64,000 nt of DNA. Origin: an uncultured Acidobacteriota bacterium (GTDB lineage: Bacteria > Acidobacteriota > Thermoanaerobaculia > UBA5066). This document shows positions 22,220 to 33,908 of the stretch, piece after piece (the first letter of the stretch is position 1; every line of letters starts with the position of its first letter). The notes beneath the pieces are model-generated. The model did no database searches. It saw nothing but the letters and a program-made list of their open reading frames with translations, and was not told where the DNA came from. The position numbers were made by a program, and so were the translations under genes. The DNA lies in assembly GCA_963801475.1 (NCBI GenBank), contig CAWDEX010000001.1:2118271-2182270 (forward strand), read 5' to 3'.

Positions 22220-23932
22220 TCAGGGTCCGGTCGCGACGTATCGGCGCTCGGGGGGAGCGATCCCCTCGGGCGCGACGCGCGTGAACGATCGCTCCCCGAG
22301 AAGCCAGGCGTAGACCGACTGCTCGCCCGCGGCGCGGTTCGGGTCGTCCCCCCCCTCCTCGAGGTAGCGCCGGATTTCGGCCGCGCCGGCCTCCGGGCCG
22401 GATCGTGCTTCCGCCAGCGTCCCGGCCACGATGGCGTCGGCCCAGCGATGGCGCGCGGTCGGGATCGGAGACGGGAGATACGCCGAGAGGGCACTGACGG
22501 CGAGAGTCGCGATCGAGAGACCGAGGGCGGGCAGGCGTCGGCGCGCGCGCCAGTCCTCGATCAGGAAGAAGACGAGCAGCCCGGCCCCGAGTGCGACCGG
22601 TGGTACGACGCCGACCCGGTAGCGTGCCGTCGTCTGGACGAGGAGGCACGCGACGACCGGAGTCGCAACCGCAAACGCCGCAAGCCAGGCTTCGTCCTTT
22701 CGGAGCGTGCCGCGCGCGACGGCCGCGAAGAGGCCGACGAGCCCCGCTCCGACGAGGCAGGGAAAGACCGGCAGGACCCGCAGGACGCCGATCCGGTCCC
22801 GGAAGAAGTACCAGTTGGAGTTGTCGGGAACCTCGTAGGCCAGGACGAACGTCGCCGCCTTCTTCGCCCAGAGGAGAGGAAGCTCCCACGGGGCATCGGC
22901 GTAGCCCTGCAGAACGAGCCGCGCCGTCTTCCCCGTCGAGCCTCCGGCCTTCTCCAGAATCCCCCTCATCGAAGAAGGGGGGGCCGTGGAGGCGTCCGCA
23001 CCGCGGCCGTTTCCCCAGGCGAGCCCGATCGCCTGCCGCGTGTCGAACGTCAGCGGCGGGACGCCGACGGCGAGGTTGCGCGCCACGAGAGCCGTCAAAG
23101 GGATCGCGAGGCCAAAGGCTCCGAGAGCGAATCGGCGCGTTGCGCCGACGGGGGACTTCTTCGAGAGTAGAAACACCGAAAGAAGCGCCAGCGGCAGGGT
23201 CGTCTGCTTGAGCAGCGCGGCAAAGCCCCCGAGGAGCCCGAGGAAGAACGTCCCGGTCTTCCCACGCGAGAAACAGCTCACGCGTTCGCTCTCCCCCGCC
23301 TCTGCGATCAGGGGCCAGGCGAGGAGGAGTGCCGAGACGTGCGCCACCGGCCCGTCCCTGTAAGCGAAGCCGTCCTGGAAGACGAGGGGGCCGTACACCC
23401 CGTAGAGGATCCCCGCAACGGTCCCGGCGGCCGCAGGGCCCAGAGAAGGCCATCCGACCCCCGGCGCATCGGCGTTCTTCTCCCTTTCTTCTCGGAGGAA
23501 TCTCCCGGCGACGGTCTGGCACGCCGCGGCGACGGCGGCCGCTGCGAGGCACGCGAGAAGAAGCTGGAGGATCCGGATCGTCGGAACGACCGGGAGGCCC
23601 GCGACCCGAAGGAGGGCGAGGCCGTAGGGATAGAGCGGTCCGGCGAAATAGGCGTTCTTCTGATAGAGGCTCTCCCACGCCTCCGGCGGACCGTAGGGAG
23701 TCTGCCAGGAGAAGTAAGACCTCCAGGCCGGGGCGTCCATCCAGTTTCCCGACGCCAGGTGGGCCGACCAGTCGACGTAACCCCACTCGTCCGTCTCCAT
23801 CCAGAGATGCCAGCCCGAGAGCGGCGACGCCTCGAGAGCGACGAAGTAGACGGATCGGACGGCGGCAACGACGACGAAGACGATCACCGGCACGAGCCGC
23901 CGCCACGTCTCCGGACGGTCGGTAAAGGGCAC
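22220..23932 (-). CDS. polytopic membrane protein, ArnT/PMT (GT39)-like glycosyltransferase family (tentative)
   Basis: The 570-aa protein has many predicted TM helices, with a large loop after TM1 and Tyr/Trp-rich periplasmic segments. The family assignment comes from architecture alone. Confidence 0.45.
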   Translation of the reverse strand: MPFTDRPETWRRLVPVIVFVVVAAVRSVYFVALEASPLSGWHLWMETDEWGYVDWSAHLASGNWMDAPAWRSYFSWQTPYGPPEAWESLYQKNAYFAGPLYPYGLALLRVAGLPVVPTIRILQLLLACLAAAAVAAACQTVAGRFLREEREKNADAPGVGWPSLGPAAAGTVAGILYGVYGPLVFQDGFAYRDGPVAHVSALLLAWPLIAEAGESERVSCFSRGKTGTFFLGLLGGFAALLKQTTLPLALLSVFLLSKKSPVGATRRFALGAFGLAIPLTALVARNLAVGVPPLTFDTRQAIGLAWGNGRGADASTAPPSSMRGILEKAGGSTGKTARLVLQGYADAPWELPLLWAKKAATFVLAYEVPDNSNWYFFRDRIGVLRVLPVFPCLVGAGLVGLFAAVARGTLRKDEAWLAAFAVATPVVACLLVQTTARYRVGVVPPVALGAGLLVFFLIEDWRARRRLPALGLSIATLAVSALSAYLPSPIPTARHRWADAIVAGTLAEARSGPEAGAAEIRRYLEEGGDDPNRAAGEQSVYAWLLGERSFTRVAPEGIAPPERRYVATGP

Positions 23933-23996
23933 GAGCGATTGTAGGACGGCCGGGAGAGAGGAAGAGGGGCGGCGCGGCCGCGCCGCCCTTGCGCGG

Positions 23997-24548
23997 TCAG
24001 AACTGGAAGCCGACAGAAACGGGGATGCTCCAGAGATCCGAGTCCTGCACCCTGAAGTAGACGACGTTGGCCTCGGCGAAGAACCAGCCCCGGGAGTAGC
24101 CGACGCCGGCGATGCCCGACAGCTTCGTGTCGGTCTGGGTCACCTTGAAGCCAGAACCCTCCACTTTCTGACGAAGAGCCCGGACACCAATCCCTGCGTT
24201 GGCGTACAGGCCTTCGGCGCCCTTCCCGGCCAGCCGGAAGGCGGCGCTCACATCGCCGCCGTAGAGGGCGCTGTTCCCGATGGTCGTTCCGAAGAAGTCT
24301 CCGTACTTGGAAGCGTTCTGGCCGTAACACGCCGCTGCGCGGACGCCCACGACGGACGAGCTCGGAAGCCAGAGGGCGCGGATCGTTCCGTGCCAGCCGG
24401 TCTCGTAGGCATCGGCGTAGTCACCGACCGTGAAGGTCGCCCCGCCCCCGACGCCGAGTTTGAAGTCCTCGGCCGGAGCCGGGCACGAGAGAACCAGGGC
24501 GAGCAGCATGCTGGATGCGAGCACGAAAGTCCTGACGGTCTTTTCCAT
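23997..24548 (-). CDS. outer-membrane beta-barrel protein (OmpW/OmpA-like porin family)
   Basis: There is a signal peptide (MEKTVRTFVLASSMLLALVLSCPAPA). The body has alternating amphipathic strands and the protein ends in a C-terminal Phe (..VGFQF). Confidence 0.65.
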   Translation of the reverse strand: MEKTVRTFVLASSMLLALVLSCPAPAEDFKLGVGGGATFTVGDYADAYETGWHGTIRALWLPSSSVVGVRAAACYGQNASKYGDFFGTTIGNSALYGGDVSAAFRLAGKGAEGLYANAGIGVRALRQKVEGSGFKVTQTDTKLSGIAGVGYSRGWFFAEANVVYFRVQDSDLWSIPVSVGFQF

Positions 24549-24785
24549 TTCTTCCTCCTCTATTACGATCAGGAAGCGGCGCCGCTCGTAAGATCCCGGG
24601 TCCCACCGGCCTCCGGAAGCGCAACTCCCGGGCCATCTGAACCTCCGCTCCGCCGGCTGATCCCAAGCCTCTGCGGGGAAAGGAGATCCAGCTTGCAGGC
24701 GGAGCTGCTGCGCCCCGGCAGGACCTCACCAACCCTCACCAAATGACGAGAGGCCTCACTCTCCCGTTAGTTCGGAACATGGAAA

Positions 24786-24807
24786 GGGCGCCGCTTGCGC
24801 GGCGCCC
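24786..24807 (-). terminator. candidate intrinsic terminator downstream of rplQ
   Basis: On the minus strand the sequence reads GGGCGCCGC-gcaa-GCGGCGCCC followed by UUUCCAUGUUCC. It lies about 30 nt after the L17 stop. Confidence 0.5.
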
Positions 24808-24837
24808 CGAGGATCCGTGCGGTCCGGATGAGACGGT

Positions 24838-25461
24838 CTAGGTGCCGACCTTGCGAGGCGTCCCGCCGTGGGTTCCGCCGCCCTTCTTGCCCGAGCCCTT
24901 CGGGGCGCGGGGGCCCTTGACCGTGTGCGGCTTCTCGGCGGGGAACTTCTTCTCGGCCTTCTCCTCGCCCTCGGCTGCCGGCGCCTCCGCCTTCTCTTCG
25001 GCGCCCTTGCCCGCCACGAGCTTCTTGGCCTTGTCCAGGAGCGACTCCTTCTTCTCGGCGGCGGCCTTGGCGGCCACCTTCTTCTCGGCCTGGCGCTGCG
25101 CGAAGTCGAAGTCGATGAACTCGAGGATCGCCATCTCGGCGCCGTCGCCGGGGCGGCGACCCAGCTTCAGGATGTGCGTGTAACCTCCGACCCGGTCCTT
25201 GAAGCGCGGCGCGATCTCGTCGAACACCTTCTTGATCACGCCGGCGTCCGGCAGGTTCTTCAGGGCCAGCCGGCGGGCGTGGAGGCCTCCCCGCTTTCCG
25301 AGGGTGACCATCTTCTCCGCCAGCGGGCGAAGCTCCTTCGCCTTCGGAAGGGTCGTCGTGATTCGTTCGTGGGTGAAGAGCGACGCGAGCTGGTTGCGGA
25401 AGAGGGCGCGACGGTGCGACGTCGTCCGGCCCAGCTTGCGGCCTGCGCGGTTGTGCTGCAT
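24838..25461 (-). CDS. rplQ: 50S ribosomal protein L17 with ~85-aa Lys/Ala/Glu-rich C-terminal extension
   Basis: The L17 core begins [25 protein letters not shown] tail reading ...[33 protein letters not shown]... follows it. Confidence 0.9.
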   Translation of the reverse strand: MQHNRAGRKLGRTTSHRRALFRNQLASLFTHERITTTLPKAKELRPLAEKMVTLGKRGGLHARRLALKNLPDAGVIKKVFDEIAPRFKDRVGGYTHILKLGRRPGDGAEMAILEFIDFDFAQRQAEKKVAAKAAAEKKESLLDKAKKLVAGKGAEEKAEAPAAEGEEKAEKKFPAEKPHTVKGPRAPKGSGKKGGGTHGGTPRKVGT

Positions 25462-25471
25462 GGACGCCGCC

Positions 25472-26443
25472 TCACCGTCCCGCGCCGGTCGGGGCCTCGA
25501 TCTTCATGCCGAAGGCGAGTCCCTTTTCGCGCAGGATTTCCTTGATCTCGTTCAGGCTCTTCCGCCCGAAGTTCTTGGTCTCGAGCATGTCCTTCTCGGT
25601 CTTCTGGACGAGCTCGCGAAGCGTCCGGATCCCCGCGTTCTTCAGGCAGTTCGCGCTTCGGACGGAAAGCTCCAGCTCCTCGACGTTCGTATCGAGGAGC
25701 GCGTCGAGCTCGCTCTGGGGCAGCTCCGGCCCGGTCGAAGGCTTCGCCTCGTCCGTCTCCACGTTGACGAAGATGGCCAGGTGGTCGCGCAGGAGCACGG
25801 CCGCGAGGCCCATCGCGTCGCGCGGCGTGATCGTGCCATTCGTCCAGACCTCGATCACGAGCTTGTCGTAGTCCGTCGCCTGGCCGACGCGCGCCGCCTC
25901 GACGTGGTAGTTCACGCGGCGGACGGGGGAGTGGGCGGAGTCGAGGGGGATCGTTCCGATCGGCGCTTCCGGGTCGAAGTTCCGGTCGGCCGGAACGTAG
26001 CCGCGCCCCTTGCCGATCGTCGCCTCGAGCCGGAGCCGCCCCCCGTCGGCGAGCGTCGCGACCGGGGCTTCGGCGTTCAGGATCTCGATCTGGGCGTCGT
26101 CGTCGAATGCGTCGGCCGTGACGAGGCCCTTCGTCTTGGCGTCGAGGACGAGCGTCCGCGGGCCGTCCTCGTGCAGCCGGATGGCCAGCTGCTTGAGGTT
26201 CAGGATGATGTCCGTGACGTCCTCGACGACGCCCGGTACCGCCGTGAACTCGTGTTCGACGCCCTCGATCTTCACGGCAGTGATCGCCGCCCCCTCGATG
26301 GAGGAGAGCAGGACGCGCCGGAGCGCGTTGCCGACCGTCGTTCCCCAGCCGCGCTCGAGCGGCTGGGCCGTGTACCGGCCGTAGTTTCCCTTCTCCTCCT
26401 CGACGTCGAGACGGTTCGGACGCTGAAAGTTCTTCCACATCAT
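25472..26443 (-). CDS. rpoA: DNA-directed RNA polymerase subunit alpha
   Basis: The NTD and alpha-CTD are present (..[42 protein letters not shown]..). Confidence 0.95.
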   Translation of the reverse strand: MMWKNFQRPNRLDVEEEKGNYGRYTAQPLERGWGTTVGNALRRVLLSSIEGAAITAVKIEGVEHEFTAVPGVVEDVTDIILNLKQLAIRLHEDGPRTLVLDAKTKGLVTADAFDDDAQIEILNAEAPVATLADGGRLRLEATIGKGRGYVPADRNFDPEAPIGTIPLDSAHSPVRRVNYHVEAARVGQATDYDKLVIEVWTNGTITPRDAMGLAAVLLRDHLAIFVNVETDEAKPSTGPELPQSELDALLDTNVEELELSVRSANCLKNAGIRTLRELVQKTEKDMLETKNFGRKSLNEIKEILREKGLAFGMKIEAPTGAGR

Positions 26444-26572
26444 GGTCTTTTCTCCCGGCCCTGCGTCTTATCCGCTGAGCGGCGCGCTAGAGCCTTCTTG
26501 CCGATTGTCAAACCCCTCCGGTTCTCTCCGCCGCGGAGGGGGTACGAGGGGGAACCCGAGGCCGGGTGCCCC

Positions 26573-27199
26573 CTACTTCGAATAGAGCTCGACGATCAGC
26601 TTCTCGTTGACGGGGAGCGCGACGTCCTCTCGCTTCGGCAGCGCGACGACCTTCCCCTGGAACTCGGCCGCGTTCAGCTCGAGCCACGCCGGGATGCCGC
26701 GGCCCTTGGCCGTCTCGACCGCCCCGACGATGAGCGGGTTCTTGCGGCTCTTCTCCTTCACGGAGACGACGGCGCCGGCGGTCACGACGAAGCTCGGCAC
26801 GTTCACCTTCCGGCCGTTCACCCGGACGTGGCCGTGCCGGACGAGCTGGCGGGCCTGCGTCCGCGAGGCGGCGAAACCGAGCCGGTGGACGACGTTGTCC
26901 AGCCGGCGCTCGAGGAGCGAGAGGAGGTTCTCGCCCGTCACGCCGCGCATCCGCTCCGCCCGCTGGAAGGTGAGGCGGAACTGCTCCTCGAGGATGCCGT
27001 AGAAGCGCTTGACCTTCTGCTTCTCGCGGAGCTGGATGCCGTAGCCGAGGATCTTGGACCGCCGCTTTCCGTGCTGCCCCGGCGGGAAGTTGCGGCGCTC
27101 GATCGCGCACTTGTTCGTGAAGCAGCGGTCCCCCTTGAGGAACAGCTTCATCGCTTCGCGCCGGCAGAGCCGGCAGACGGACTGACGATAGCGAGCCAT
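26573..27199 (-). CDS. rpsD: 30S ribosomal protein S4
   Basis: The protein begins [36 protein letters not shown]... Confidence 0.95.
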   Translation of the reverse strand: MARYRQSVCRLCRREAMKLFLKGDRCFTNKCAIERRNFPPGQHGKRRSKILGYGIQLREKQKVKRFYGILEEQFRLTFQRAERMRGVTGENLLSLLERRLDNVVHRLGFAASRTQARQLVRHGHVRVNGRKVNVPSFVVTAGAVVSVKEKSRKNPLIVGAVETAKGRGIPAWLELNAAEFQGKVVALPKREDVALPVNEKLIVELYSK

Positions 27200-27627
27200 T
27201 AGACCCTTCTCCTCTTGCGCGGCCGGCAGCCGTTGTGCGGAATGGGCGTGACGTCCTTGATGGAACGGATGTCGATGCCCGCTGCCGCGAGGGCTCGAAT
27301 CGCGCTCTCGCGCCCCGCACCGGGCCCGTTCACGCGAACCTCGAGCGAGCGGACGCCGTGCTCCTGCGCGAGCTGCGCGGCGTTGCCGGCCGCCAGCTGC
27401 GCCGCGAACGGCGTCCCCTTGCGGGAGCCCTTGAACCCGATCCGCCCCGCCGACGACCAGGAGATGACGTTTCCCTGGGCATCGGTGATCGAGATGATCG
27501 TGTTGTTGAAGGACGCCTGCACGGTCGCCATGGCGTGCGGGATGTTCTTCTTTTCCTTCTTCGGGCCCTTTTTCTTGCCCTTTGCGGCGGTCTTGGCGCC
27601 TTCGGTCGCGGTGGCCATTCCTGTCAT
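27199..27627 (-). CDS. rpsK: 30S ribosomal protein S11 (Lys-rich N-terminal extension)
   Basis: The protein has the conserved stretch ...[31 protein letters not shown]...[26 protein letters not shown]. Confidence 0.93.
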   Translation of the reverse strand: MTGMATATEGAKTAAKGKKKGPKKEKKNIPHAMATVQASFNNTIISITDAQGNVISWSSAGRIGFKGSRKGTPFAAQLAAGNAAQLAQEHGVRSLEVRVNGPGAGRESAIRALAAAGIDIRSIKDVTPIPHNGCRPRKRRRV

Positions 27628-27633
27628 CTCCCC

Positions 27634-28017
27634 TTACTTCTTCGTGGCCTTCTTCTTGCCGGCGATCGCGCCCTTCCGCGGGCCCTTCCTCGTCCGGGCG
27701 TTGGTGTGCGTCCGCTGGCCGCGCACGGGAAGCCCCCGCCGGTGCCGGAGGCCGCGATAGCAGCCGATCTCCATGAGCCGCTTGATGTCCTGGGAGACTT
27801 CCTTCCGGAGGTCGCCTTCGACGCTTACGTCGTCCTGGATCACCTTGCGGATGCGTGAGACCTCGTCCTCGGACAGGTCCTTCACGCGCGTGTCGGGGTT
27901 CACCCGGGCCGTCGCGAGGACGCGGTTCGAGGTCGGGCGCCCGATCCCGAAGATGTAGGTCAGGCCGATCTCCACGCGCTTGTTGGGGGGCAGGTCGATG
28001 CCGGCGATTCGAGCCAT
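27634..28017 (-). CDS. rpsM: 30S ribosomal protein S13
   Basis: The protein begins [34 protein letters not shown]... Confidence 0.95.
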   Translation of the reverse strand: MARIAGIDLPPNKRVEIGLTYIFGIGRPTSNRVLATARVNPDTRVKDLSEDEVSRIRKVIQDDVSVEGDLRKEVSQDIKRLMEIGCYRGLRHRRGLPVRGQRTHTNARTRKGPRKGAIAGKKKATKK

Positions 28018-28030
28018 TGGTCCGTTCCTC

Positions 28031-28144
28031 TCAGCCCTGGCGCTGCTTGTGCTTCGGGTTCTCGCAGATGACGCGCACGACGCCCGCGCGGCGGATCACC
28101 TTGCATTTGGTGCAGATCTTCTTGACGGACGTTCTCACTTTCAC
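28031..28144 (-). CDS. rpmJ: 50S ribosomal protein L36
   Basis: This ORF is not in the supplied track; I translated it by hand as (V/M)[36 protein letters not shown]. It uses a GTG start and sits between infA and rpsM. Confidence 0.85.
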   Translation of the reverse strand: MKVRTSVKKICTKCKVIRRAGVVRVICENPKHKQRQG

Positions 28145-28158
28145 GGATGGGACTCCTC

Positions 28159-28383
28159 TTACTTGTACCGGTAGATGATCCGTCCCCGGGTCAGGTCGTA
28201 GGGGGACAGCTCGACGAGCACCTTGTCGCCGGGCAGGATGCGGATGAAGTGCTTGCGCATCTTTCCCGAGATGTGCGCGAGCACCTGGTGATCCGGCTTG
28301 TTGTCGAGCTGCACCCGGAACATCGCGTTCGGAAGCGGCTCGACGACGGTGGCCGTGACTTCGATGGCGTCTTCTTTCGACAT
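28159..28383 (-). CDS. infA: translation initiation factor IF-1
   Basis: The protein reads [55 protein letters not shown]... Confidence 0.95.
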   Translation of the reverse strand: MSKEDAIEVTATVVEPLPNAMFRVQLDNKPDHQVLAHISGKMRKHFIRILPGDKVLVELSPYDLTRGRIIYRYK

Positions 28384-28401
28384 GTCCCTCTACCGTCTCC
28401 C

Positions 28402-29241
28402 TCAGGCCACGTTTGCCGTCAGGCCGGTCTCGGCCGCGTCCGGATACTCGCTTACGGACGGCGCGCCCGGGACCGACCGGTCCTCGGCGTACCGCCCGAA
28501 TCCGAGGACGACCGGCCCGTCGGCCGTCGCCACCACGGTGTGCTCGAAGTGTGCGGAGGACTTCCCGTCCGCCGCGCGAACCGTCCAGCCGTCACTGCCC
28601 ACGACGACCTTCGGGGTGCCGAGATTGAACATCGGCTCGATGGCCAGCGTCATCCCCTCCCGGATCGACTCCCGCCGCCCGGCCGGCCCGTAGTTCGGGA
28701 CCTGCGGCTCCTCGTGGAGCGAGGTGCCGATGCCGTGGCCGACGAACTCGCGGACGACGCCGTAGCCCTTGCGCTTCGCGACGGATTCCACGGCGGCGCC
28801 GATGTCGCCGACCTTGCCGCCGACCCGGACCGCCTCGATTCCCGCGAGGAGCGCCTCGTGCGTCACGACGACGAGCTCGCGGACCGCTTCGGGCACGGGC
28901 TCGAGAATCGCGGTGCGGGCCGCGTCGCCGTAATAGCCGTCGACGATCGCCCCCAGGTCGAGCCCCACGATGTCGCCGGCCTTCAGGACGCGCTTCGGCG
29001 ACGGAATGCCGTGAACGACCTCTTCGTTGACGGAGACGCAGATGGACTTCGGGTAGCCGCGGTATCCGAGGAAGGCGGGCTTCGCGCCGCGGGCGCGAAT
29101 GCCCGCGTCGGCGATCCGGTCGATCTCCTCCGTCGTCGCGCCCGGCCGGCACGCGGCCATGCACTCGGCGAGGACCTCCTGGACGATGCGCGTGGCGCGC
29201 TCCATCTTCAGGATCTCCGCCTTCCCCTTGCAGGTGATCAT
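28402..29241 (-). CDS. map: type I methionine aminopeptidase
   Basis: The 279-aa protein has the pita-bread fold with metal-binding residues (..[15 protein letters not shown]...[16 protein letters not shown]..). Confidence 0.92.
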   Translation of the reverse strand: MITCKGKAEILKMERATRIVQEVLAECMAACRPGATTEEIDRIADAGIRARGAKPAFLGYRGYPKSICVSVNEEVVHGIPSPKRVLKAGDIVGLDLGAIVDGYYGDAARTAILEPVPEAVRELVVVTHEALLAGIEAVRVGGKVGDIGAAVESVAKRKGYGVVREFVGHGIGTSLHEEPQVPNYGPAGRRESIREGMTLAIEPMFNLGTPKVVVGSDGWTVRAADGKSSAHFEHTVVATADGPVVLGFGRYAEDRSVPGAPSVSEYPDAAETGLTANVA

Positions 29242-29825
29242 CGGGTGCCCTTCCGGGCGGCCTCCACGGCGGCGCGGACGTCGGACGCCACGGCGTCCAC
29301 CGGCCGGTGTCCGTCGATCGTCACGAGGACACCGGCCGCCCGGTAACGGTCGGCCAGCGGCGCCGTCTTCTCCCGGTAGACGCGGAGCCGCTCGCGGATC
29401 GTCTCCGGCGTGTCGTCGGCCCGCCCTTCCAGCTGTGCCCGCTTGACGAGCCGCTCGACGATGGGAGCATCCGGCACGTCGATGAAGAGAACGGCGCCGA
29501 TCCGCGTGTCGCGCTCCTTCAGGATGCCGTCCAGCGCCGCCGCCTGCGCGACCGTCCGGGGATAACCGTCGAAGAGCGCGCCGCCGGCCGCGTCCTTCTC
29601 GGCGAGCCGGTCCTTCAGCATGGCCGTCACGAGATCGTCCGGCACGAGGGCGCCCGACTCCATGATCGGCTTCGCCGTCCGTCCGAGGTCGGTCCCCCGC
29701 GCCACGTGCGACCGGAGAAGGTCGCCCGTGGAGATCTGGGGAATGGCGAGATCGGCCGCGAGGCGCGACGCCTGCGTGCCCTTGCCCGAGCCGGGAGGTC
29801 CGAAGAAAACGACGTAGATCGCCAT
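29238..29825 (-). CDS. adk: adenylate kinase
   Basis: The protein begins MAIYVVFFGPPGSGKGTQASRLAADLAIPQISTGDLLR. The start was set at the internal ATG, because the listed ORF extends upstream into the secY frame. Confidence 0.92.
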   Translation of the reverse strand: MAIYVVFFGPPGSGKGTQASRLAADLAIPQISTGDLLRSHVARGTDLGRTAKPIMESGALVPDDLVTAMLKDRLAEKDAAGGALFDGYPRTVAQAAALDGILKERDTRIGAVLFIDVPDAPIVERLVKRAQLEGRADDTPETIRERLRVYREKTAPLADRYRAAGVLVTIDGHRPVDAVASDVRAAVEAARKGTR

Positions 29826-29830
29826 ATGCC

Positions 29831-31237
29831 CTACCCGCGCCGGCCGCGGATGCGGCCCTTCTTCAGGAAGCCGTCGTAGTTCCGCATGACGAGCTGCGAC
29901 TCGATCTGCTGGACGGTGTCCATCGCCACGCCGACCACGATGAGGAGCGACGTGCCGCCGAAGTAGAACGGGACGCCCAGGCCCTGCGTGACGAACACCG
30001 GGAGGTGCGTGTCGAGCCACGGCCCGATGCCCGGGATGCTCTGAACCTTGAAGCCCATGAGCAGGAACTCGGGGATCAGCGCCACGACGACAAGGTAGAG
30101 CGCCCCCACGAGCGTGATCCGCGTCAGCACGTTGTCGATGTATTCCGAGGTCGCCTTCCCGGGGCGGATGCCCGGAATGAACCCGCCGTACTTCCGCATG
30201 TTCTCGGCGGTGTCGTTCGGGTTGAAGATGATGGAGATGTAGAAGTAACAGAAGAAGACGATGCCGGCCCCGTAGAAGAAGTTGTAGAGGGGCTGGCCCA
30301 TCGAGAGCTGCTCGGCGATCTTCTTCATCACGTCGCTCTTGAAGGCGGACGCGATGTACTGCGGAAACTGGATGATCGAGACGGCGAAGATGATCGGAAT
30401 GACGCCGCCCGTGTTGACGCGGAGCGGGAGATACGTGTTCTGTCCCCCGTAGACCCGCCGTCCGACGACCCGCTTGGCGTACTGGACCGGGATGCGCCGC
30501 TGGGCCCGTTCGACGTAGACGATGGCCGCCACGACGGCGATCATGAAGAGGAGCAGGAAGAGCGCCGTGAAGAGCGACATCTGTCCGCGCTGGACCTGCT
30601 GGACGAAGCCGAACGTGGCCGAGGGCAGGCCCGCCACGATCCCCGCGAAGATGATCAGCGAGATGCCGTTGCCGATGCCGCGCTCGGTGATCTGCTCGCC
30701 GAGCCACATGACGAAGGCGGTGCCCGTCGTCAGGGTCAGGATCGCCATCAGCACGAACGGGATCTTCCCGGCCTCGGACGAGGGGTCGCGCAGGGCGAGG
30801 TGCCGGCCCGTGGGCGTCGTCTGGGACCAGAGCCAGATCGCGATGCCGGCGCCCTGGACGATCGACAGGATGACCGTGCCGTAGCGCGTGTACTGGGTGA
30901 TCTTCCGGCGGCCCATCTCCCCTTCCTTCGAGAGCTTCTCGAGGTAGGGCCAGACGACCGTGAGGAGCTGAAGGATGATCGACGCCGTGATGTAGGGCGT
31001 GATGCCGAGGGCGAACACGGAGAGCCGGCGCAGCGCGCCTCCCGAGAAGATGTCGAGGAAGCCCAGCAGGCCGCCGGCCTGCGACTTGAAGAACTCCTCG
31101 AGCGCCGAAGCGTCCAGCCCCGGCGTCGGCAGGTGGGAGCCGATCCGGTAGATCCCCAGGAGCGCGAACGTGAACAGCACCCGCTTGCGCAGGTCCGGGA
31201 TCGCGAAAACGTTCCGGAGGGAGTCGAAGATGTTCAC
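29831..31237 (-). CDS. secY: preprotein translocase subunit SecY
   Basis: The 468-aa protein has 10 TM segments and begins [40 protein letters not shown]. Confidence 0.95.
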   Translation of the reverse strand: MNIFDSLRNVFAIPDLRKRVLFTFALLGIYRIGSHLPTPGLDASALEEFFKSQAGGLLGFLDIFSGGALRRLSVFALGITPYITASIILQLLTVVWPYLEKLSKEGEMGRRKITQYTRYGTVILSIVQGAGIAIWLWSQTTPTGRHLALRDPSSEAGKIPFVLMAILTLTTGTAFVMWLGEQITERGIGNGISLIIFAGIVAGLPSATFGFVQQVQRGQMSLFTALFLLLFMIAVVAAIVYVERAQRRIPVQYAKRVVGRRVYGGQNTYLPLRVNTGGVIPIIFAVSIIQFPQYIASAFKSDVMKKIAEQLSMGQPLYNFFYGAGIVFFCYFYISIIFNPNDTAENMRKYGGFIPGIRPGKATSEYIDNVLTRITLVGALYLVVVALIPEFLLMGFKVQSIPGIGPWLDTHLPVFVTQGLGVPFYFGGTSLLIVVGVAMDTVQQIESQLVMRNYDGFLKKGRIRGRRG

Positions 31238-31689
31238 GCCGGAAGGACCTCGCAGCGGCCGCCCGCGGCCTCGATCTTCTTCTTGGCCCCTTCGGTGAAC
31301 TTGTGGGCCGAGACCGTCAGCGCTTTCTTCAGATCGCCCGTCCCGAGGACCTTCAGGCCGTCGCCTTTCCGCTTGACCGCGCCGGCCGCCCGGAGGCTCT
31401 CGGGCGTCACGGCCGTCCCGGCGGCGAACCGGGCCTCGAGCTGGGCGACCGTGACGGTCACCCAGTCCGTGCGGAAGATGTTCGTGAAGCCGCGCTTCGG
31501 GATGCGGCGATGGAGCGGCATCTGGCCGCCCTCGTGCCCGCGCAGGTGGGAATAGCCGGAGCGGGAGTTCTGCCCCTTGTGGCCGCGCCCCGACGTCTTG
31601 CCGAGGCCCGAACCGGGCCCGCGGCCGAGCCGCTTGCGCGAGGAAGTCGCCCCCTTCCGGGGACCGAGGGTGTGCAGTCCGTGCGCCAT
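31234..31689 (-). CDS. rplO: 50S ribosomal protein L15
   Basis: The protein has the conserved stretch ...[23 protein letters not shown]... Confidence 0.93.
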   Translation of the reverse strand: MAHGLHTLGPRKGATSSRKRLGRGPGSGLGKTSGRGHKGQNSRSGYSHLRGHEGGQMPLHRRIPKRGFTNIFRTDWVTVTVAQLEARFAAGTAVTPESLRAAGAVKRKGDGLKVLGTGDLKKALTVSAHKFTEGAKKKIEAAGGRCEVLPA

Positions 31690-31690
31690 G

Positions 31691-31894
31691 TCAGTTCGCT
31701 CCCGAGGCCGCCTCGTCGACGACCTCGACGAGGTGGCGGACCTTGTGAATGAGACCCCGGACGGCCGGAGTGTCGGGCCGGACGACCTCCTGCCGGATCC
31801 GGCGGAGGCCTAGGCCCTTGAGAGTCAGCTTCTGGTCCACCGGGGCGCAGATGCCCGAGCGGACCTGGCGGATGCGGAGCGTCTTCGCGGTCAT
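31691..31894 (-). CDS. rpmD: 50S ribosomal protein L30
   Basis: The 67-aa protein reads [35 protein letters not shown]. Confidence 0.9.
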   Translation of the reverse strand: MTAKTLRIRQVRSGICAPVDQKLTLKGLGLRRIRQEVVRPDTPAVRGLIHKVRHLVEVVDEAASGAN

Positions 31895-32550
31895 CCCTTC
31901 GTCTCCGGGGCCGGGGCCACCTCGGCGGCCGGGGCCTCCTTCGTGACCTTGGCTTCTCTCGCCTCGTCCGTGACCTCGCGGCCGAGCGCCTTCCGGATCG
32001 CGTCCTCGAGATGGAGCCGGCCGAGCGCGTCGAACGTGGCCTTGACGACGTTGTGCGGGTTCGTCGTGCCGAGCGACTTCGTGAGGATGTTCTGGACGCC
32101 GGCCGACTCGAGCACGGCCCGGACCGCGCCGCCGGCGATGACGCCGGTGCCGTCCGAGGCCGGCTTGAGCATGACCCGGCCCGCGCCGAAGTGTCCGATG
32201 ACCGCGTGCGGAATCGTCGTCCCCTTCAGCGGGACGTGAATCATCCGCTTCTTGGCCATCTCAATCCCCTTCTTGATCGCGACGGGGACCTCCTTGGCCT
32301 TGCCGGCGCCGTAGCCGACCCGGCCGTGCCCGTCCCCGACGACGACGAGCGCGGAGAAGGAGAAGTTCTTGCCTCCCTTGACGACCTTCGTCACCCGGTT
32401 GATGTGGACGACGTGGTCGATCAGGTCGGCCCCGGCGCGCCCCTCGCCGAGCTGGCCGGGCTGCCGCGCCGGGGGCCCGGACGGGCCCGATGGACGCGAC
32501 GGGCGGTTGAACCGGGGAGGACGGCTGCCGGGTGTTACGTTGGTGCTCAA
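31891..32550 (-). CDS. rpsE: 30S ribosomal protein S5 (Pro-rich N-extension)
   Basis: The protein has the conserved stretch ..[44 protein letters not shown].. Confidence 0.93.
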   Translation of the reverse strand: MSTNVTPGSRPPRFNRPSRPSGPSGPPARQPGQLGEGRAGADLIDHVVHINRVTKVVKGGKNFSFSALVVVGDGHGRVGYGAGKAKEVPVAIKKGIEMAKKRMIHVPLKGTTIPHAVIGHFGAGRVMLKPASDGTGVIAGGAVRAVLESAGVQNILTKSLGTTNPHNVVKATFDALGRLHLEDAIRKALGREVTDEAREAKVTKEAPAAEVAPAPETKG

Positions 32551-32915
32551 AACTTCAACCCCTTCTCGCGGGCCGCGTCCGCGAGCGCCTTCACGTTGCC
32601 GTGGTAGAGGTGGCCCCCGCGGTCGAAGACGACGGCGGAGATGCCCTTGCCCCGGGCGCGCTCGGCGATGAGCGCACCGACCCGGGCCGCGGCCGACTTG
32701 TTGGCCGCGCTCTTCGACTTGCCCTTTACGTCGCCCTCGCGGGACGAGGCGCAGGCGAGCGTCGCCCCGGCGTCGTCGTCGATGAGCTGGACCGAGATGT
32801 ACTTCAGCGACCGCGTCACGCAGAGGCGCGGCCGGTTCGCCGTCCCCTTGACGGTGTTGCGGATCCGTCGATGAATCCGCTCGCGCGCTTCGCGCCGTTC
32901 GAAAGCCTTGTCCAT
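32547..32915 (-). CDS. rplR: 50S ribosomal protein L18
   Basis: The protein reads ..[30 protein letters not shown]... Confidence 0.93.
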   Translation of the reverse strand: MDKAFERREARERIHRRIRNTVKGTANRPRLCVTRSLKYISVQLIDDDAGATLACASSREGDVKGKSKSAANKSAAARVGALIAERARGKGISAVVFDRGGHLYHGNVKALADAAREKGLKF

Positions 32916-32924
32916 ACGCCGTCC

Positions 32925-33482
32925 TTACTTGCCCGTCGCCTTCCCGGCCTTCTTCTTCAGGACCTCGCCGACGAAGCGGAAGCCCTTCAGCTTGTACGGG
33001 TCGGGGGGCTTGATGCCGCGGATCTCCGTCGCCGTCTGTCCCACCATCTGCTTGTCGACGCCGGTGACGATGATGTGCGTGACGTCCTTTGCCTTCGCGT
33101 CCGGAGCCACGTTGATCGTGATTCCCTCCGGCTCCGGGAAGCGGACCTGGTGCGAGTACCCGACGCTGAAGACGACCTCTTTCCCCTTCTTCTCGGCCTT
33201 GTAGCCGATGCCGACGAGGTCGATTTCCCGCTTGTAGCCTTCGGTCACGCCGTGCACCGCGTTCTGGAGGAGCGCCCGGTTCAGGCCGTGGAGCGCCTTG
33301 TCGCGCTTCTCCTCGCCCGCGCGGGAGACCTCGATCTTGCCGTCCCGCGTCACGACCGAGATGCCGGCGAGGATCGGGGCGGACGTCGCCCCCTTCGGCC
33401 CCTTCACCTGGACCGCGCCGGACTGAACGTTCACGTCGACCCCCTTCGGGATCGGAATCGGCTTCTTACCCACTCGAGACAT
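32925..33482 (-). CDS. rplF: 50S ribosomal protein L6
   Basis: The protein begins [31 protein letters not shown]... Confidence 0.93.
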   Translation of the reverse strand: MSRVGKKPIPIPKGVDVNVQSGAVQVKGPKGATSAPILAGISVVTRDGKIEVSRAGEEKRDKALHGLNRALLQNAVHGVTEGYKREIDLVGIGYKAEKKGKEVVFSVGYSHQVRFPEPEGITINVAPDAKAKDVTHIIVTGVDKQMVGQTATEIRGIKPPDPYKLKGFRFVGEVLKKKAGKATGK

Positions 33483-33499
33483 CGATTTCTCCTCGCGCC

Positions 33500-33898
33500 T
33501 TACCAGACCGTGCAGACGACTTCGCCGCCGAGGCCGCGCTTCCGGGCGTCCTGCCCGGTCAGGAGGCCCTGCGACGTGGAGACGATGGAGATGCCGAGGC
33601 CTCCCAGGACCTCCGGCAGCGCATCCTTGCCCCGGTAGAGGCGGCGCCCCGGCTTGCTCGTCCGCGTCAGGCCGTGGATGACCGGTGTCCCCGTCTCGTC
33701 GTACTTGAGGTAGAGACGAAGCAGGCTTCCGCCGCGGTCGTCCATCACCTTGAAGTTCTTGATGTAGCCCTCGTCCTTCAGGATGCGCGCCAGCTCCACC
33801 TTGAAGCGGGACGACGGGACGTCCGTCTTCTCGTGGCGGGCCCCCAGCGCGTTGCGTACTCGGGCGAGGAGATCGGCGATCGGATCCGACATGCTCAT
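33500..33898 (-). CDS. rpsH: 30S ribosomal protein S8
   Basis: The protein begins MSMSDPIADLLARVRNALGARHEKTDVPSSRFK... Confidence 0.93.
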   Translation of the reverse strand: MSMSDPIADLLARVRNALGARHEKTDVPSSRFKVELARILKDEGYIKNFKVMDDRGGSLLRLYLKYDETGTPVIHGLTRTSKPGRRLYRGKDALPEVLGGLGISIVSTSQGLLTGQDARKRGLGGEVVCTVW

Positions 33899-33908
33899 GC
33901 GTCCCTCC

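Noticed and set aside
23967-23988. The GC palindrome GGGCGGCGCGGCCGCGCCGCCC between the OMP gene and the GT39-like gene
   Set aside because: It could act as a terminator for the OMP gene, but it has no U tract. Such GC palindromes are frequent in 70% GC genomes. It is noted here only.
26444-26572. A possible internal promoter (TTGACA...TAGCGC) in the rpsD-rpoA gap
   Set aside because: The -35 is good but the -10 is poor. The gap probably holds only processing or structure elements of the alpha operon. The evidence is insufficient.
25199-27202. A 667-aa plus-strand ORF antisense to rpoA and rpsD
   Set aside because: It has the same antisense low-complexity pattern.
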